NCBI GenBank assembly: GCA_046597055.1 | Contig: JBKJLC010000164.1 | Span: 1-28,326 of the forward strand | Length of the DNA stretch: 28,326 nt | From: Kofleriaceae bacterium | Lineage (GTDB): Bacteria; Myxococcota_A; Polyangia; Haliangiales; Haliangiaceae | Direction: 5' to 3' | Part shown: one piece after another, positions 23,801 to 28,326 of the stretch | Layout: the number at the start of each line of letters is the position of its first letter | Numbering within the stretch: the first letter of the stretch is position 1 | Position numbers and translations under genes: made by a program | The notes under the pieces: generated by a model | The model's input: the letters and a program-made list of their open reading frames with translations, nothing else | The model's database searches: none | What the model was told of the DNA's origin: nothing

Positions 23801-26800
23801 ACGCGAACCGGTTCGGGCGCCTCGGCCTCGCGCTCGCCGAGCGCTACGCCTGGACCGAACGCCAGGCCAAGCTGCACGTGATGTTCGGCCTGTTCATCGA
23901 CCACTTCCGCAACCCGGCGCGGGACAGCCTGGAGTACGTCCGCCGCGCGGTGGCCGAAGGCCTCGAGAGCGGCGACATCGTCTACGCCAGCATCGCCGCC
24001 GCCAACCATGCCGAGGGCGCGGCGCTGGTTGGCGACCCACTCGACGAGGTCTTCCGCCAGGCCGAGGCCGGCGAGCGCTTCGCGCGGCCGCTGCGCCACG
24101 GCGACGTCAACACGATGTTCCTGCTGCTCAAGCAGTTCGTGCGGTGCCTGCGTGGCGAGACCGACGGCATCGCCAGTCTGTCGGGCCAGGGCGTCGACGA
24201 GTCCGTGCTGGTCGCCGACGTCAAGGCCGCCGAGGCCCGCATCATGCTGGCGATCTACCTGATCTGGAAGGTCGAGCTGCTGGTGCTGTTCCATCGGCCC
24301 GCGGAGGCGATGGAGCTGGTGCTCGGCTACGACGAGACGATCGAGGCGATGACGGCGGGCCAGCTGCGCGTGACCGAGTACGGCTACTGCGCCTGCCTCG
24401 CTGCCATCGGCTGCCTGCGCGCGGCTGACCCGTCCGGTGCGCGCCGGCGGCCGCTGCGCCGCGTGCTGGCCCGCAAGCGCAAGCGCCTGGCCGCGTGGGC
24501 GGCGAGCGGCCCGGCCAACTACCTGCACAAGCACCTGCTGGTCGAGGCCGAGCTCGCCGATCTCGACGGCGACGCCGACCGCGCCACCGCGCTCTACGAC
24601 CGGGCGATCCACGAGGCGCGCGGCAGCGGCTACCAGCAGCACGCCGCCTTCGCCGCGGAGCTGGCCGGCCATGCCTTGGCGCGGCGCGGCCGCGGCGTCA
24701 TCGCCGAGACCTACCTGCGCGAGGCTCGCACCGGCTACGTCCGCTGGGGCGCGACCGCCAAGGTGCGCGCGCTCGACGCCGCGCACCCGACGCTGGCGCC
24801 GCCGCCTCCGCCGCGCCCGACCAGCATCAGCGAGTCGCTCGACCTGGTCAGCGTGCTGCGCGCGTCGCAGGCCATCTCGAGCGAGATGGACCTGGGCCGC
24901 CTGCTCGAGCGCACGATGCGCCTGGTCGCCGAGAACGCCGGGGCGGACCGGGCGGCGCTGATCGTCGACGCCGGCGGCGAGCTGCGCATCGAGGCCATGC
25001 TCGACGTGCGCTCGAACACGCTCGAGGTCCTGACCGGCCGGCGCCTCGACGCCTCGGGCGTGGTGCCCGAGGGCATCGTGCGCTTCGTCGCGCGCACCAG
25101 CGAGGACGTCGTGCTCGCCCACGCCGTGCGCGAGGGTGCGTTCATGCACGACGCCTACGTCCGCGCCCACGACGCCCGCTCGCTCGCGTGTCTGCCAGTG
25201 CGCCACCAGGATCGGACCACCGGCGTGCTGTTCCTCGAGAACGAGCTGACCGCGGGCGCGTTCACGACCGAACGCCTCGAGGTCCTGCGCTTCCTGGTCG
25301 CCCAGGCCGCGATCTCCATCGAGAACGCGCGGCTCTACGACTCGACCCGCACGCTGAACCAGGCGCTGCGCGCCAGCGAGACCCGGCTCGACGCGTTCCT
25401 CGAGGGCCTGCCGGTAGGCGTGTTCGTGCTCGAGTACGACGGCCGCCCATCGTTCGCGAACCGCAAGGCGCGCGAGATCGCCGCGGCCGAGCCTGGCCTG
25501 CCGGCGCCCGACGTGGTCGCGCGGTATGCGATGGTCACCGCCGGCACCGCGACCCCCTATCCGCCGGCGCGGCTGCCGCTCGCCCGCGCCCTGCGCGGCG
25601 AGACGTCGATGATCGACGACGTCGAGGTCCACGTCGACGGTCGGGTCGTGCCGCTCGCGATGTGGGGCACGCCGATCCGCGCCGAGGACGGCAGCGTCCG
25701 CTACGCGGTCGTCGCGTTCCAGGACATCGGCCCGCAACGCGTCGCCGAGCGCGCCCGCGGCCGCCTCGAGGCGCAGCTGAAGACCGCCGAGCGCCTGGAG
25801 TCGGTGGGCCGCCTCGCCGGCGGCGTGGCGCACGACTTCAACAACCTGCTGACGCCGATGTTGATCCTGTCGCAGATGGCGCTGCGCTCGCTGCCGGCCG
25901 ACTCCCGCGCCCACGGCCAGATCACGCAGGTGCTGGCGTCGGCCGAGCGGGCCGCCGACCTGACCCGGCAGCTGCTCGCGGTCGGTCGCAAGGAGGTGCT
26001 CGAGACCCGCCTGCTCGATCTCGACGCCGAGGTCGCCGACTTCATGAGCATGCTGCGCCGGCTGGTCCGCGCGAACGTCGAGATCATCCACCGGCCGGCC
26101 GCGACGCCGTGCCGGGTGCACGGCGATCGCGGCCAGCTCCAGCGCGTGCTCATGAACCTGGGCATGAACGCCGCCGACGCGATGCCCGACGGTGGCGAGC
26201 TGTTCATCGAGACCAGCGCGGTCACGCTCGACGCCGCGGACCTCCGCGAGCGGCCCGACATCGAGCCAGGCGGCTACGTCGCGCTCCAGTTCCGGGACAC
26301 CGGCACCGGCATCGACGCGCGCACGCTGCAGCGCATCTTCGAGCCGTTCTTCACGACCAAGCCGCCCGGCGAGGGCACCGGCCTCGGTCTCCCCACGGTG
26401 CACGGGCTGGTCGCACAGCATCGCGGCCACGTGCGCGTGCAGAGCGAGCTGGGCGTGGGGTCGACGTTCGAGATCCTGCTGCCGCACGCCGAGCCCAACG
26501 CGATCGCCGCCGCGCCCCCGGTCGAGCCCGCGGTCGTCGACCGCGCGCCTGCCAGCGATCGCACGCTGCTGGTCGTGGAAGACGACGACGACGTGCGCCG
26601 CCTGCTCGTGAGCGTCCTGACCGACTCCGGGTACCAGGTCGTGGCCACCGGCGACCCGACGCAGGCGCCCGGCCTCGCCCGCCAGCTCGGCGCGCGCCTC
26701 GGGCTGGTCATCAGCGACATGGTCATGCCCAGGCTCAACGGCCGCGAGCTGGCCGCCCAGCTCACGCGCGAGCACCCGCACCTGCCGGTGCTGTTCGTGT

Positions 26801-26934
26801 CGGGCTACTCCGATGCGGTCCTGTCCGCCGAGGGCGTGCTCGAACCCGGCGTGCACCTGCTCCGCAAGCCGTTCACGGTCGACGATCTGCTCGGCCGGGT
26901 CGAGGCCCTGCTCGCGACCGCGGTCCCGGCGTAG
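20890..26934 (+). CDS. Hybrid Ser/Thr-kinase-like / AAA ATPase / GAF / PAS / histidine kinase / receiver protein (HstK-like, 2014 aa)
   Basis: STK (VVLK, YISPEQTGRMNR, DIYSLG); Walker A GHSGVGKS, Walker B FLDDLQW, GNPFF; helical repeats; GAF (AAISIENARL); H-box VAHDFNNLL, DTGTG, FEPFFTTK, GTGLGL; REC VEDD..SDMVMP..SGY..KPF. Confidence 0.95.
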   Translation: MPSERAPMLAVPGYTLQQQIHGGRRSSVYRAWAVNDQQRVVLKVSPAASTDPTALIRFRHEYRLGRTFAHEHVLRYLALEPCGERLALVEEDVGGRALAELLADGPLGLDTALDIAMKIARGLGEIHAHEVIHRAIYPGNILVDPARGMTKIFDFADATLIRQHAEPALRARDLTLPLAYISPEQTGRMNREVDHRTDIYSLGATLYHMLAGRPPFPDDDPLALVHAHMARVPVPLADLDPRIPDVVSRLVDRLLAKDPEDRYQSAPGIVADLADALRRLRLNGEVDSFPLGLADAPDRLELPRRLYGRARERQRLLDGFELAAAGGKRLFLVAGHSGVGKSSLVHEVRRPVVERHGFFLAGKFDQLHRNVPYAALRAAFQQLCDELLSGSEDELRGWKTQILARLGANAALIVELVPGLAKIIGPQPAAPPTGLVESQHRFTVAVQRFVGVLASAAHPVVLFLDDLQWADPATLHVVRALLTSADLTHLLVIGAYRDHEVDAAHPLALALTQLRAASVPVHEVALRDLSSDDVGTLVADALRAPRDTVVSLARLVFDKTSGNPFFIDEFLRTLAREKHLTFSTALRAWTWDPRAIEALGITANVVELMVERLQRLAEPVQRALRIAACIGDDFALSTLAQAADASPNATRATLEPAIRARLLVPVDSAYPFDEPGASGATPGPDYAYRFLHDRVRQAAYELTPAADRPALHLSIGRLLLARTPPADRAARVFDITDQLVRGATLVHDPAERRELAELCLLAGKQARSATAYVEGLAYLRAGLAALPAEAFASCYDLSYQLHLRAAECAYLAGEFDVADTLADALLPQLRSPLERAELYTVRIVLEANRTRYDRSVALGIEALAALGVDVPARPSTPALLRALARARLARFRRRKVDLATLPDLTDQRRLAAISIIEHLFAPAYFMDPKLFFWLVHECLRISLRHGNAPPSAVGYVSYGLLLAAVMGKYEDANRFGRLGLALAERYAWTERQAKLHVMFGLFIDHFRNPARDSLEYVRRAVAEGLESGDIVYASIAAANHAEGAALVGDPLDEVFRQAEAGERFARPLRHGDVNTMFLLLKQFVRCLRGETDGIASLSGQGVDESVLVADVKAAEARIMLAIYLIWKVELLVLFHRPAEAMELVLGYDETIEAMTAGQLRVTEYGYCACLAAIGCLRAADPSGARRRPLRRVLARKRKRLAAWAASGPANYLHKHLLVEAELADLDGDADRATALYDRAIHEARGSGYQQHAAFAAELAGHALARRGRGVIAETYLREARTGYVRWGATAKVRALDAAHPTLAPPPPPRPTSISESLDLVSVLRASQAISSEMDLGRLLERTMRLVAENAGADRAALIVDAGGELRIEAMLDVRSNTLEVLTGRRLDASGVVPEGIVRFVARTSEDVVLAHAVREGAFMHDAYVRAHDARSLACLPVRHQDRTTGVLFLENELTAGAFTTERLEVLRFLVAQAAISIENARLYDSTRTLNQALRASETRLDAFLEGLPVGVFVLEYDGRPSFANRKAREIAAAEPGLPAPDVVARYAMVTAGTATPYPPARLPLARALRGETSMIDDVEVHVDGRVVPLAMWGTPIRAEDGSVRYAVVAFQDIGPQRVAERARGRLEAQLKTAERLESVGRLAGGVAHDFNNLLTPMLILSQMALRSLPADSRAHGQITQVLASAERAADLTRQLLAVGRKEVLETRLLDLDAEVADFMSMLRRLVRANVEIIHRPAATPCRVHGDRGQLQRVLMNLGMNAADAMPDGGELFIETSAVTLDAADLRERPDIEPGGYVALQFRDTGTGIDARTLQRIFEPFFTTKPPGEGTGLGLPTVHGLVAQHRGHVRVQSELGVGSTFEILLPHAEPNAIAAAPPVEPAVVDRAPASDRTLLVVEDDDDVRRLLVSVLTDSGYQVVATGDPTQAPGLARQLGARLGLVISDMVMPRLNGRELAAQLTREHPHLPVLFVSGYSDAVLSAEGVLEPGVHLLRKPFTVDDLLGRVEALLATAVPA

Positions 26935-27059
26935 CGCCGCGCGACGACGCGTTCAGCCCGGGCCGCATGGTCGTCACGTTTCCAGGTGACACCACTGCGC
27001 GCCGCCCGCGAGAAGCCCGTGTCGTCGAGGTCACGCACGAGCCCAGACGAACGGCGGGT

Positions 27060-28211
27060 TCAGGTGGAGTAGCTGCCGTTGATCTCGACGTACTCCTTGG
27101 ACAGATCGCATCCCCACACCGTGGCCGTGGCATTGCCCGCCCGCAGGTCGACCGAGATCTGGACCTCTTGCTGGGCCATCGTCTCGCGCAGGCGGGCCAG
27201 CTCGGACGGGTCGAGCCGGCGGGGATAGACCTCGAGCTCGCCGAAGCGGATCACGACCCGGTCGACGTCGATGTCGCGCTGATCCTCGCACTTGCCGATC
27301 GCCATCGCGACGCGCCCCCAGTTGGGATCGGCGCCGTGGACCGCGGTCTTGACCAGCGGCGAGTTCACGATCGACTTGGCGACCCGCTTCGACTGGACCT
27401 CGTCGCGCCCACCCTCGACCGTCACCTTGATCACCTTGGTCGCGCCCTCGCCATCGCTCACGACCGCGTAGGCGAGCTCGCTGGCGACCTCGAACAGCGC
27501 CCGCTCGAAGTCGGCCAGCGGCACGGTGCCGGCCAGGCCATTGGCCAGGATCACCGCCGAGTCGCTGGTCGAGGTGTCGCTGTCGACGCTGATGCTGTTG
27601 AAGGTCCGGTCCATCACCCGCTTGAACATCGGGCGCAGCGCCGCGACGTCGACCGCCGCGTCGGTGAAGTAGTAGGTGAGCACGGTCGCCATGTTGGGCT
27701 CGCACATGCCCACGCCCTTGGCGACCCCGACCAGCGCGGCGCCGCCGACCGAGCGCGACGCGAGCTTGGGGCGGGTGTCGGTCGTCATCATCGCGCGCGC
27801 GGCCAGATCGAAGTCGGCCGGCGCCATCCGGGCGCCGAGCCCGGCCACGCCGGCGCGGATCTTCTCCATCGGATAGGGCCGCCCGATCACGCCGGTCGAC
27901 GCGATGAGCACGTCACCCGGATCGATGCCGAGCTCGTGCGCGATCAGCCGGACCACCTCGCGCGCGTCGGCGCGGCCCTGATCGCCGTTCGCGACGTTGG
28001 CGTTCTTGGAGATCGTGACCACCGCGCGGGCGCGGCCGTCCCGCACGTGCTCGCGCGAGACCGTCACCGACGGACCGACGAACAGGTTCTGGGTGAACAC
28101 GCCGGTCGCGGCGCACGGCACCTCGGCGAGCACGCACATGAAGTCGAGCGATCCGTCGCGGATCCCGAGGTTCGCGGTGTTCGATCGGAATCCTCGCGGC
28201 ATCGATGTCAT
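27060..28211 (-). CDS. argJ: Ornithine acetyltransferase, ArgJ family (Oat2-like)
   Basis: NAN, ASTGVIG, MTTDT, KGVGMCEPNMAT (autoproteolysis Thr), DSDTSTSD, DGEGATK, NSPLVKTA, DPNWGR, GCDLS..YV.IN; RBS AGGAG. Confidence 0.95.
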   Translation of the reverse strand: MTSMPRGFRSNTANLGIRDGSLDFMCVLAEVPCAATGVFTQNLFVGPSVTVSREHVRDGRARAVVTISKNANVANGDQGRADAREVVRLIAHELGIDPGDVLIASTGVIGRPYPMEKIRAGVAGLGARMAPADFDLAARAMMTTDTRPKLASRSVGGAALVGVAKGVGMCEPNMATVLTYYFTDAAVDVAALRPMFKRVMDRTFNSISVDSDTSTSDSAVILANGLAGTVPLADFERALFEVASELAYAVVSDGEGATKVIKVTVEGGRDEVQSKRVAKSIVNSPLVKTAVHGADPNWGRVAMAIGKCEDQRDIDVDRVVIRFGELEVYPRRLDPSELARLRETMAQQEVQISVDLRAGNATATVWGCDLSKEYVEINGSYST

Positions 28212-28326
28212 GGCGCTACTCCTGGCCGGTCCGGCTGGCGGCTGATTCGAGGTGACCCGTGCGATCCTAGCCGCGAACCGCGGTCAAGTCGCAGCCGGCG
28301 TGCGGCCGTCGCGATCGGCGCGCCCC

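Noticed and set aside
20674..26856. Two ~1000-aa minus-strand ORFs (also 5416-7668 and 18146-19924)
   Set aside because: Antisense shadows of GC3-biased genes; no recognisable motifs.
1..28326. CRISPR arrays, tRNA/rRNA, IS elements, intrinsic terminators
   Set aside because: No repeat-spacer array, cloverleaf, transposase/integrase ORF or hairpin-plus-U-tract was recognised by eye.

Overview
High-GC bacterial window, probably Myxococcota (inferred from a MYXO-CTERM-type sorting signal, many lipoproteins, a DUF4157 effector and sigma54-type promoters). The highlight is a tightly coupled five-gene Kai clock-like operon (3605-8840). It encodes (1) a PAS histidine kinase ending in a KaiA/KaiA3-like C-terminal helical domain, (2) KaiB, (3) a full two-domain KaiC3-type KaiC with intact S/T phosphosites and A-loop, (4) a receiver-KaiB fusion, and (5) a histidine kinase whose N-terminal receiver has lost all four catalytic positions (pseudo-receiver, as in CikA). 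This looks like a self-contained KaiABC-type oscillator or timer hard-wired to two-component signalling outside cyanobacteria. The rest is an accessory region: lipoproteins, a 54-aa His/Lys-rich lipopeptide missed by the ORF track, a YkgJ-family Cys-cluster protein, a GH25 lysozyme, a DUF4157-SH3-TM-nuclease-like toxin with a candidate immunity gene, an M4 protease, a 2014-aa STK-AAA-GAF-PAS-HK-REC hybrid with a degenerate Ser/Thr kinase, and an Oat2-like argJ. Many gene remnants lie between these genes, and several genes appear leaderless. All family calls come from motif recognition by eye; no database searches were run.
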